Source: Zancudomyces culisetae HAW-14-8
Taxonomy: Eukaryota; Fungi; Kickxellomycota
Assembly: GCA_052426225.1 (NCBI GenBank)
Contig: JBNJNM010000019.1
Coordinates: 1-64,000, forward strand
Reading direction: 5' to 3'
DNA length: 64,000 nucleotides
Shown in pieces: positions 24,658 through 36,077 of this stretch (positions are counted from its first letter, which is position 1; every line of letters begins with the position of its first letter). Position numbers and translations under genes: made by a program. Below the pieces are notes generated by a model, which had not been told where the DNA came from, did no database searches, and was given only the letters and a program-made list of their open reading frames with translations.

Positions 24658-26466
24658 ATGCTTGTCCCGAAACTTTACAAAAGAAAGATCCTAAGGGCTT
24701 CAATGTATACTATCTCCCTTATTGTGTTTTTGGAAATATTTATCCAGGTATTAGAATATATTGCAGGTAGTACTATTAGTCGGCAACCAGTGGATATATA
24801 TCTAAAGAAGGAAAATATTTTGAGCAAAGTGGAGGCTAAAGACAAGTTTTATGAAGTTTTTGGAATAGGTAGATTTTTAAGAGATATTCTTGGCCATGGG
24901 AGCCAAATAAGCATACTCAGGAAAAATAGACAGGGCTCTAGGAATGATGATACCAATGGAGACACAGGATATGTGAACGAAATTAGGAAACAAGAGGTAA
25001 TAGAAGCCATCAAGTTTGTATGGAGAGAAGGGTATGCTAAATATGCGTTTGGAAAGGACGAGCTCAAGCCTGTAACGAAAGGATACAGCCAAAAATGGGG
25101 CGGGTTGGGTGTAACGCTTATAGATTCCCTTGATACATTGTACTTGGTAGGATTATACGATGAGTTTAAAGCAGGAAAGGATCACATTAAAAATATCGAT
25201 TTTAGCAAGCTAAGCGGTGATAAAAACAAAAGAACGAGTGTCTTTGAAACAGTGATTCGAATAGTTGGTGGGCTTCTCAGCATATATGAAATAAGTGGAG
25301 AAAAAGTATTTTTGGAAAAAGCTGTAACTGTAACTGATATATTGATGTCTTGCTATGATGAAGGCAACAAATTCCCATATCCGTATATTAACTATAACAC
25401 AAAAAAGCCAATCGAAACGATGGAAAGCACGCTCGCAGATATGGCCTCAATCCAGTTAGAAATGCTCAAACTCTCACAGCTTACTGGAAACCAAACATAC
25501 TACCAAAAAGCCAAAAGGGTAATTGATCATCTACAGGACACCGATGGAAAGGTTCCGGGAGCTGCTTTGGGTTTGTTTCCAGTAGTTGCAGATGTAAAGT
25601 ATGGTTTTTTGGCAGGAAGAATCACAGTTGGGGGATGTGGCGATAGTTTCTACGAATACTTGTTGAAATTAGCTATATTAGATAAAGACAATCACAGTCA
25701 GTACAGAAAAATGTATAAAAGGTCCATAGAGGCAATTAAAGACAACATGGTTTACTTGTCAAAAGGTGGGCCAGAAGGTTTGGTATTTGTATCCGAACTG
25801 GAGTATGATGGAAGTACGGCAAATGGGCAAATGGAGCATTTGGCATGTTTTCTACCAGGTATACTCGCTTTGGGATCTAAGGTGCTGAATCGCACCCAAG
25901 ATTTACCACTGGCCAAAGATCTGATGTACACATGCTATTCACTATACAAGCATTCGCCCACGGGGCTTAGTCCTGAGACAGTAGTTTTTGAATTTGACTC
26001 GAAGATCAAAGGGTATTCGAGTGTTACAAAGAAAATGCTAAAGAAAAGAGCTCAAATTCCAGTAATCAATCAGCGTAGATTTACAAGCAATAACAGCGAT
26101 GCCTTTAATGGCACTTTTAAGGCTAAAGAAAGTAAATATATTTTGCGACCAGAGACTGTTGAGTCGTTGTTTTATTTATATCGAATAACTGGAGATACCA
26201 AGTACCAGGACTGGGGATATGAAATATTCTCTGCAATACAAAAATACACAAAAACACCAGCAGGGTATGCAGAATACAGCGATGTTGCCGTTTCCGATCC
26301 TGAAAAAATTGAGGCCAACTGGCGAGATAATATGGAAAGTTTCTTTATCTCTGAGACGCTAAAATACTTGTACTTGTTGTTTAGCTCGCCAGAGATACTG
26401 TCTTTAGATGAATATGTATTTAATACAGAAGCCCATCCATTTAAAATTGGGTTGAAGAATCCCTAA
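24658..26466 (+). CDS. GH47 class I alpha-1,2-mannosidase (type II membrane protein)
   Basis: GKDELKP, TLIDSLDTL, FETVIR, DSFYEYLLK, HLACF, LRPETVES, ESFF.SETLKY, NTEAHP. Confidence 0.95.
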   Translation: MLVPKLYKRKILRASMYTISLIVFLEIFIQVLEYIAGSTISRQPVDIYLKKENILSKVEAKDKFYEVFGIGRFLRDILGHGSQISILRKNRQGSRNDDTNGDTGYVNEIRKQEVIEAIKFVWREGYAKYAFGKDELKPVTKGYSQKWGGLGVTLIDSLDTLYLVGLYDEFKAGKDHIKNIDFSKLSGDKNKRTSVFETVIRIVGGLLSIYEISGEKVFLEKAVTVTDILMSCYDEGNKFPYPYINYNTKKPIETMESTLADMASIQLEMLKLSQLTGNQTYYQKAKRVIDHLQDTDGKVPGAALGLFPVVADVKYGFLAGRITVGGCGDSFYEYLLKLAILDKDNHSQYRKMYKRSIEAIKDNMVYLSKGGPEGLVFVSELEYDGSTANGQMEHLACFLPGILALGSKVLNRTQDLPLAKDLMYTCYSLYKHSPTGLSPETVVFEFDSKIKGYSSVTKKMLKKRAQIPVINQRRFTSNNSDAFNGTFKAKESKYILRPETVESLFYLYRITGDTKYQDWGYEIFSAIQKYTKTPAGYAEYSDVAVSDPEKIEANWRDNMESFFISETLKYLYLLFSSPEILSLDEYVFNTEAHPFKIGLKNP

Positions 26467-26568
26467 TAACACCCGCCCATGTACACATGATATAATATTA
26501 AAGCCGGAAGACTACTTGAGGAGTGTAAAAAGCAGGAGGTGAGTTGAGGTGGGGGGGGATAAATAGGG

Positions 26569-27893
26569 TCATAGATATTCGTTCGACTCGTCAATATTTG
26601 ATATATTATTCATGATTCCTGATTGCTTATTTTCTTTGGGATCAGTCATTGAGCCTTTATAGACCCTAATATGTCTATCAGTGCTACTATCATTGGTACC
26701 CAGATGCGAATATTGAATGTAATATACCTTTTCCAACAAGTCTTTGTATAGTCTACGAACAGTTCGAAGCTTTGGCATCTTTACCCATGTCTTTTGCCAT
26801 TCAATACTCGCTTTGTTGCCCTCTTTTTGCAGTTCTGTTTGTATTATATCTTTGAATAGGTTATATCTTTTTTTAACAATCGATGTGCCCTGATCACTTT
26901 GACCTTGGTGAGCGAAACCAAGCACGTTTAAATTATTTGTTACTCTTATTCCTGAATTTCTTTTGTGTGTTTTAATGTATCCATCAAAAATAACTCCTGT
27001 TTGCGATCGAAACTCCAGCTCATTTATCACTGGAATGGGCAATGGAGGGTAAAGCTTTGAAATCATTTTTTCATAGTGCCGTTGTTGTAACTTCTCGACG
27101 TTTTTGCGTGTATATTCCCGATGCGTTGGAACTTTGACCTGTATTCCACCAAGTCCAAGTTGTTTAAGTGCCAGTTGATACAAAACCGGGTGTGACTTTT
27201 TAAAGGCATTCGTGTCAAATGGCAACTTTTCTCCATGCTTGAGCTCTGTTTCTTTCTGTGTACACCATCACCACAACCAATATATTGACTGTTAGTAGCG
27301 TTGTCTCGTATATTAGCATTTTAAATTTCCTTAAATAAACAACACAAAACCTCGGACAATACAAAAATATAATAGTAATATTTGCTTACTAGTATGATTT
27401 TCCACTTTAGCTTGCCGACCCTTCCATATCCATATTCCAAGACCTTTTTTATGCTTTTTATGTCACCCTGGTTCGCTTTAACTATTTTTCTATATTTCTA
27501 TCCATAAAGGTTTGCGTTAATGTTATTAATACACAATTTTTAAAGTGTATGTAAGCAATTCACAACTGAAAGCAATAACCTGCTTACCCTTTTTCCAACA
27601 GTGTATTTTCGATATATTTTCTTTTCGTTTTTCTCGTTGCTCCATTTTTCAAAACTCTCTCTTGCAGAATTTTTGATGTACTCCCTAATATTGTTATCAG
27701 TATATAAGAGTCATCATTTAAAGTTTTTACTTTCACTAAAAACATATCTAAAAACAAAAGCGATATTTTCGTGGTACCTGGTATTATCATCAAAGAATTT
27801 TCTTGCCTCACTTAGAATTCTCCTATATAACACCCTTACGTGCTTTTTCGTAACGTGTGGTGTTTTATACGATACATTTACCAGGAAGTCCAT
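26569..27893 (-). CDS. LYR-motif (Complex1_LYR-like) protein, probably mitochondrial, 4 exons
   Basis: Spliced: VRVLYRRILSEARKFFD..R|EYIKNSARESF..|KANQGD..KVLEYGYGRVGK..|KETELKHGEKLPF; canonical splice sites keep the frame. Confidence 0.65.
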
Positions 27894-28232
27894 TTGATCA
27901 TTTGTCGAGTTCTACGCTCCTGACTGTTTCGTTGTATTGTGATTCTCTGAAAGTTTAGTACATAAACAACCTAAAGTAAAATTTTGATTACTTTGATTTT
28001 TGATTCGCAGTGTTTTTGTGGTAAAAAAATTTTAATATGAAAAGCGTTGCTGCTGACTAGAAATATCCCAGTCATCTAGTGGTCAAGGCGGGAGAATATA
28101 GTTAACGAGTTTATTTTTTGGTGGTGGTAGCTGGGCAGCTAGTGCTCAGCTTGAGAATAAAAAGTAAGTAGAAAAGGAAAAGAGATACACTAAAAGCAAA
28201 CCGTTTGCAATAATATGAATCAGAACAAGTAA

Positions 28233-28936
28233 CTATCCATAACATCTAATTGGGTCAGAACAACTTTTTCCAGCCTTTTGGCCGCCCTTTTCCAAGTATC
28301 TTTGATGGTATTCCTCGGCTGGGTAGAAAACTGTAGCTGGTAGAATCTGTGTCATAATTGGGAAATCAAAGCTTTTTTGGTGCTCTTCTTTACTCTTGGT
28401 GGCGAGCTCTTTTTGCTCCTCGGTATGGTAAAATATCGCAGAGCGGTACTGAGTACCAATATCGTTTCCTTGGCGATTTAGCTGGGTGGGATCATGCTTT
28501 TTCCAAAAGGCCTTTAGGATATCAGAGTATGAAATTACTTCTGGATCGTATTCAAGCAGAACAGCCTCAGCATGGTCAGTAGTTCCGGTGCTATTTTAAA
28601 TAAGGAAATATGTAATAGTAGAAAGAAAGCCCCATCCCCTCCCCCCGCACAAATTTAATTTAATAGACTTGTTCTAAATGTAAAAGAAAATAAAAAGCGA
28701 CGAGAAAAGTTATATAATACTTACCACACCTGCTTGTATGTTGGATTCTCAGTCTTCCCGCCAGTAAAGCCGACTTGTGTTTGTATTACGCCTGGCATTC
28801 TCTGGTAATACAATTCGACACTCCAAAAACAGCCGGCTGCCAACGTAGCCCATTGTGACTTTGGATTATCGCTTTTCACCAGGGGTTGTGCAAGTTGGGT
28901 CGACATTCTTTTTGTTAGATTTGAAAAGAATCTCAT
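28233..28936 (-). CDS. MSRA: Peptide methionine sulfoxide reductase A (Cys form), 2 exons
   Basis: GCFW, NPTYKQVC|[33 protein letters not shown]-terminal IRCYG. Confidence 0.95.
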
Positions 28937-29759
28937 TTAAAAGTATAAACAAAATAACTAAGTCAAGTCCAAGTAAAATATGAAAATAAAATCAGAAAAT
29001 GGTAAAGGAGAATTATGAGAATTAGGAGAATTATGAGAATTATGAGAAGTGGACGGTTTAGCAAAAATTAAAATGTTTGGTTTCAAGTTCGAGTAAAAAA
29101 AAAGTGTGATTGGAATGCAAAAGCCTCTATTTTTGTGGTGTTAGTTGGTGATTTTCAGCTCAAAATTATTAGTAAATGGTTTGAATAGACTAATGCTTGA
29201 CAAAAACTGGTAGTTCAGTAAAACAAAGCTTATTAATAGTGCAAAGATGATGTAGAGTGGAATAGCCCAGAAATAAGCGTATATGACGAAAAAGCAGCTA
29301 TCCTCTTAGTACAGTTATCAGTTTTCCATTTATTTATATTTCAACATTTTTCTAATAAACAAAAGACCCCCAAAACTAGTGTTATTTGAATTGGAAATGA
29401 TAGGACAAAGAAAAGACAATTAAATAAGAAATATATGAAACAAAGTGGGATATATAAAGATTTATGGAATAAAAGCACTTTATATTTCTCCTCATTACCC
29501 AATATGGAGAAAATGCGTATCCGTGTATACTTTTGTAGCATCAGTTCCAAAGAAATGATCTGTTAATAAAGGGATCATTTGGAAAAGGCTTGTCTTAATT
29601 CTTGAACAGAAAGAAAGGCGGTCTTTGCAACACCCTCAAGGCTATTATATTTGTAGTTAGTTAATTAGTGCCAAGTCATGAATAGAGCATGAGGCCACTG
29701 GCTGACACGCTTTTGGATGATTTAAAAATAAAAACGTTTAGAAGAAATAATAGACGTGT

Positions 29760-30776
29760 TTACTTTATATCTCCCCAGCTTCTTTCTGAGTTTTCCTGAG
29801 CCTCTATTTCATCCTGCTGTGTTGTAGCTCGCAGTATTATTTTTTTACTTGCTTCCTGTACCTCACCACTCATTATATATTCATTCAGTATGAAATAGGC
29901 CTACAAACACATTAAAAAAATCATTAGTGTTACTTTTCTAAATAGTGAACAATAACTGCTGAGCGCAATTCTGTAGCCAGGATAATGTTATTTTTATTCG
30001 TACCTTTTGGAAATTAAAGATCAAGTCCAGTTCGCAGACCTAATAAATGATTATGAAGCACGTTGTCGTTTTTAGTATAGTACAAGGTCAAACCCCTTAA
30101 CAAACATCCAAGGGTTATAATAAGCTCACAACGGAAATCAATCATACTTACATTTCCAAAATATTTGTCCAACACCTCTACAAATCGGTGGATTACTTCC
30201 AAGACAATAAGTTCGTTAAGGTCTTGCTTTATACCAGCAATAAAGTACAGACTGGCGTATCTATTAGCATCGAAAATATGTTTGTTTTAACCTTTGTAAC
30301 CGCAATACACTCCTAGCTTTGATATCCATTGTACTCTATGCTCATAGCATAAAGCAAAGATAATAGTATTTTTTAAAGTAAATTATGCTACTCACTTTCT
30401 GTATACCACTTTTTTCCCTAAAAAATAAAAAACTAAAGGTGTTAATGTGCATCTATAACAATTAAAATAAAATGGTAAGAATAGTAAATGGAAGTATACC
30501 TTTATAGTCGACAAAATTGCACGCTTTTCCTTTACGGGCAAGAACAGTTTTCGTTAAATCTTTTAGAATCTTGGTCTTTTCTTTTTGAGATATCGGGATA
30601 TACCATTGAGCCAGCCTAACTTTTCCCTGCCGACTGACCAGCAACAAGTAATCAATCTATTTGACAAGCCGAGAATGTTTGTTGGGGTGTATAGTGAAAA
30701 AGATTGAACATAAAGAGTATGACATTCACAGAGATCCAGCTGCAATCTTACAGCTTTGTTTGATACTTACCGCCAT
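29760..30776 (-). CDS. APS1: AP-1 adaptor complex sigma subunit (multi-exon)
   Basis: MA|[45 protein letters not shown]|[12 protein letters not shown]|AYFILNE. Confidence 0.9.
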
Positions 30777-31376
30777 CTTTGCTCCTATATCTATTGAATT
30801 TGGTTTGGTCTATCGTGGTTTTCCTGATGGTCAAAAATCCAAAAATCTTGAATTTGAAAATAGGTGATAAACAGAGTTCAATGATCTAGTTGTCGCAATG
30901 CTCGCAGCTGAAATCGCTTCCTTTGTTAGACCTTCACTTTTAGCGGGTCGGATTTAAAATCTATACAATTCTAATGTATTCTTAGTACGTTGTTGTTAAC
31001 TATGCTTTAATAAACGGTTTATTTAATTGGATATCTTTTTGCAAATTGTTAATTGCGTTTCTAAAATAGTTGCGGTGTGGAAATAAATTAGCATTATTTT
31101 TTTGGCCAATGGCAGCATTACCTGTCTGTAAAGCATTCAGCTCGATTCTTTGAGTAAATATTGAGAAAAAGGTAAACAATACACCACCAAAGAATGCACC
31201 CATACAGGAGAGTAGTATTCTCTTTATTGACCTAAACCATACTAAAGAGTTAAAAACATACAACTAAATCAAATGTAGACATTTAACTAGTATAAAGACT
31301 TGCTGATGAAAAATTAAGAAACTTCGTGGCAAATATTATGCAGTAAATAGTATATTGTAAAAAGAGAGGGGCCAGT

Positions 31377-32802
31377 TTAAGATTTAGATGTCTTTTTTTC
31401 GTTAGCCTCCTCCTTTTCTTTTGTAATAATATTAGTGATTTCCTCTGCCTCTTCAACCGTCAATCTCTATTTGTATCCATCATACCATGTTGGTTATAGC
31501 TTGAACAAATAAAGAAGTTATCTGTGCAATATTTAAAAAATGTAAACTATAAATAACAAAGATAATAAAAGACAGAAACAGATAGAAATCCCAATATTAC
31601 CTTCACTCCATCCTTAGTAATATAAACCACTTCAATGTTTTTAGCACCGGTCTGCACAACCTATTTGAATATCATTAGCTTAGACTACAATTCAAAGTTA
31701 AATAATACCAAATGAAAATGGAAGCGAGGAATTACCTCCATCAAAGCTTTAATAGTGAGCTTAATAGCCTCGCTCTCCTCCAAATCCGGTTTATAGTTTT
31801 TTTCGAGGTATTCTCGCACTGTATCTGAGTTTCTGCCAATAGAGTCCGCCTAATTGCCAGTTTCCAATGTATTATATCCATAATATTGGAAAATGTTAGT
31901 AATCTTGAATTAAAAAGTCAGACTATAAAGAGGCAGGTTTAAATACCAAGGTATCTATACCACATAAAATAATCGAAATTAAAATTAAAATATGAACATT
32001 ACCATCCATTCATAATAGTTTCCTGAGGGATCGGTCTGGAACAATCTTGGGGTGTTATCGGGATCGATTCCAACAATCAAAGTGCTGATTCCAAATGGTC
32101 TGCGACCTCCACTCTGCGTATATTTCTGTAATTGTGTGTAATTTTTTAAATATTATTTCAGATTCACATCATTTGAAACGGGGCTTGTAAAAAAAAAACA
32201 CAAAAACACAAAAACAAGAAAAAGTAAATTCAAATAAATAAGCTTACCTGTTGGATACCCGCTATGTATCTAGTAATATATTCGATCGTTACTGGATCTT
32301 CCACAGTCAAAATATGACTCTGGCATTGTATACGCGCTTTATCTACTAGCACTCTGGAATCCGCGTTCAATCCTATCCATTTGGTCATTGTTTTATTCAA
32401 TCATTAACCTACAAATCAGCTTTTAAAAAAACAAAAAAGATACTTTAACAGATGGGCACGAACCTGCAGAAGCTAAAAGCACATGCTCATCGAGCTTATG
32501 GATTTTTCTAAATGTTCTAGAATCTTGTAATTTCGCAACTGCCTTTTTTTCTACCCCTAGTACTACACAGTTTTTACCACGTAATCCAACCTATAAATGT
32601 AAAAACAAATAAAAGTATGAATATAAGAAAATGTACATATTTTCTTTTTAGAATAAAATGCCATAAAATAGAACAGGAGGGAGAATTAATAAATCAAAAA
32701 CTCAACTGCACAGGTTCCCTTCTTGACCGCTTCTTGAGCATAGTCAACCTGGAAAAGATGGCCATCTGGGGAAAAGACTGTCAAAGCACGATCATAAGAC
32801 AT
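31377..32802 (-). CDS. PRE6: 20S proteasome subunit alpha4 (multi-exon)
   Basis: [38 protein letters not shown]|[28 protein letters not shown]. Confidence 0.93.
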
Positions 32803-33917
32803 TTTCTCGGTTTACTATGGCGTTTTTTTATTTATTTTATGTTGTTATATTTTGTATTGTGTTTATTTTTTTGCCGATTTTAAATTATTTAGAAAATGAA
32901 AAATGATTGCGTAATTAAAGAGCCAATTTGTAGATTCCAATTTGGCTTAAAAAAAATTAATACAAAAAAAAACGTATTCAATAGCTAGAAAATCTGAAAA
33001 TGGAAATTGACACTGGTGCTGGCTGTTTTCTATGGCTCTGGTTACAGGTGTGTGATGGAACGCTATATTAATTGTTGTTAATGTTGCTCTGTTATTCAGT
33101 TTATTTAATCAAATATTTCTTATAATAAGTGTAGTTATAATATATACTTCATCCTGAATAAAGAAAAAAAGATTATCATTCATCTTTTTGGTCCCATACC
33201 ATCCTTTATGTGTAAAACGTACACTCGGGCAGTTGTATAAAAATCACATTAGGACGTCTAAATAATTGTAATTCATGAAATCAAGGGCGCTTAGTGGATG
33301 AGCAAAAATTATTCATTCACACTGACCTCCAAATATATTCTACTTGACTGTATGATGTAAATATATAGTAGATGTTATTAGTTATCTGATACACCTCTCA
33401 ACTAATGTGATGGCTGAGTTTGGTATAGACTGATTATGTCAGTTATACTCAGATCTCGGATCACTTCACTAGTTCTGATTGCTGCTATACGAATGTTCGA
33501 ACTATATTTACTATTGAATAATAATAATAAATACCAAGTAAATTAAATCAAATAATAATTACTAGAAGTACTGGATATATATATAAACGTAATGTAAAGT
33601 ATATTCGGTTAAGAAAGACTAAAGATATTTCTTTTCGATGTCCCCTCTCGATATATTCGGTTTGCTATTCACTTTACTGTCATAGATCGTTTATACTATT
33701 TATCCCGCTTGCTCTCATTGGTGATTATCTTCCGCTCAGAAATCGCGATTGATTCGTTGGCAAAAAGGATGTAGCCATTATACTACTATGTAAGAAAATC
33801 AATAACGGGTGAGACTATGGAAACCCACACACTAGTCAATGTTTGTTTTAGTAGACTAGACAAGGTTGTTATGTATGTTTTGCAACCATAAACAAAAGAG
33901 AAAAATTGCAAAAGGAA

Positions 33918-33999
33918 TCCGAGAACCCGGATTTGAACCAGGGACCTAGAGATAACAGATTGACTACAGTCTCCCGCTCTACCGCTGAGCTATTCTCGG
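33918..33999 (-). tRNA. tRNA-Tyr(GTA) with a 10-nt intron (33954-33963)
   Basis: Acceptor CCGAGAA/TTCTCGG, anticodon GTA, intron TCAATCTGTT at the canonical 37/38 position, T-loop GGTTCAAATCC. Confidence 0.96.
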
Positions 34000-34238
34000 A
34001 TATTTTTGTTTTTTTGTAAAAATATATAAGTTGTAACTATATACCTTTAATATTATGTCCTATATTGGACGGGTCAGTTTTAATAATATATACATATGTT
34101 ATACAATTATTTATTATAGGAAAAGGCCAATTTATTAATTAATTCCATTCAAACATAATTATGATAATTCTATAAAATGCATAAATTAAACTAATCAATA
34201 AAATTGAGACAACTCTTCAGTATAGTTTACTATACGAC
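34000..34238 (-). promoter_or_regulatory. Conserved ~240-bp tRNA upstream element, copy 2
   Basis: Reverse complement aligns collinearly with 8309-8546. Confidence 0.6.
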
Positions 34239-36077
34239 ATTTGTTATTTTTTTTTTTAGACTTTAACTTTTAATATCTTAAAATATACTTGAACTTTGTC
34301 CTATTCTCTTACTGTACTAAATATTCGTTAATATTGTTATTATTAACTATTGAATATTAAGTATACTGAATAAAAAAACTTATTACTACAATTTGTTTAT
34401 ATTAAAGATATGTTTAATTTTGTTATTTCAAACACGTTAATACTTTTACTGCTTACTTAAAGTTACTAGTAAAACTATACAAAGATACATAAACTTTACT
34501 ACTGAAAGTTAAAGATAAATTTGTATCTACTGTTTATAACCTGTAATATAAATCATAATACTAATTAAAAACATTCGATTAATAAACTAAACTGTTTCAA
34601 GGTATGTCTTGGTTTACTATATTACAATTTTTGTTAGACCATTTATTAATCTAGTCTATCTGGTTCTACTAGAGGGGTGACATCACTAGAATGGGTTTAA
34701 CCCTTTTTAACTAGTTACCACTTTCTAGTTATACTTAAAGCGGAGCTGGTACATTTATATGGGTATAAATTGACAATTTATTAATTTTTAGAGCCATAAT
34801 TTTTATTTTAGTAAATACATATTTTTTTATGATATTAAAATAGTCTTTACTAAAAAGTATTGTTAATTCTGGTACTATCACGCCTTAATGTTTTCCGCGG
34901 TTTAAATCATTTTTCTTAAACAAAGCAACTTGTCTATATTTGAAATGGTTAATCTACATTTTGATCAACCTATAACTAAATACAATACCCATTTCTTTAC
35001 AATTTTATATTACAAATTGAATAAAGTTTGGAAAAATAAGCTGTACATGTATATATTGAACTTATCATCTTTACATATCATTAACATAGTTGAGGGTTTT
35101 CACACTTGCGGAGAGACTTTAGTGTCTATATGAAACGCTTTGTGTTCTGAAAATAATGTGAATGGCCCCAGTGATAGAATAACAAAAGAGTAAAAATAGT
35201 TAATATATTTGATTTCAATAATGTCAAATATTCAAATCTGATTGTGCAACCTGTCACGTAGTACAAGCTGTGTTTGTATTTTTAGACTAGGATGCTGTAA
35301 TATGTTATTGAATTGTGCATATAAATATTTCTTTTCGAGTATTATAAATGATAATCCAAGTTATTCATAAACTTTAAGAACAAACGATGATGTTGCCCAT
35401 AGACGATTACTCTTCTCACTATTCTCTAATAAAAGTTCAAAAATATAATTTGTGATATTACAATTTTATGAAATGGATTAACAACAAGATAAAATCAAGT
35501 TTGTATTTAATTTGAATCTTCCACGGTTTCAATTATAAATTTACTTCAATTCAACTTTGCGTATTTTCTCAAATCATTTTGAAATAAAACACAAAAAAAA
35601 TGAGTGAAAAAAAAATTTTCGATTACAAATTAGCAAATTCTCAAATTCACATCTAATTTGCCGAATCCTATTCGCAAGAATTGAATTACAAACCGGGTTT
35701 GAGCAGAATTCAGTAATTTACTTGATTGAACCTTTCTAGGCATTTAAAATTTTCAGCTATATATTATTATTACTATTATTATTATTTTATTAATTTTTTT
35801 ATTTCAATTTTCATTTAATATTTATAGTAAAACCAAAAATTAGCCACAAATAAAGCTCAACTAAGAGAAAGAGAGGGAAGTAAAAAATAACATTAAAAGA
35901 GATAGGTCACGAGCTTGATCTATTTGATTTAAATTAAAAATACTATACAAATTGAATGAAAAGAAATACAGAACAAGTACAGAGTGGACAAGAATCAAGT
36001 GATCCATATATTTCAACATCTCAGTAATAATATAAGGGAAATAAAACGGGTGTGAGAAATCGAGAATCTGATCCAAA

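Noticed and set aside
28820-28840. Selenocysteine MsrA (Sec use is reported in some early-diverging fungi)
   Set aside because: The active-site codon is TGT (GCFW), not TGA.
29007-29048. GAGAATTAT tandem repeat upstream of MSRA
   Set aside because: Short minisatellite with no spacers; not CRISPR-like.
30860-31270. Possible small gene or TGA read-through ORF between APS1 and PRE6
   Set aside because: No recognisable protein or SECIS and no consistent splice model.
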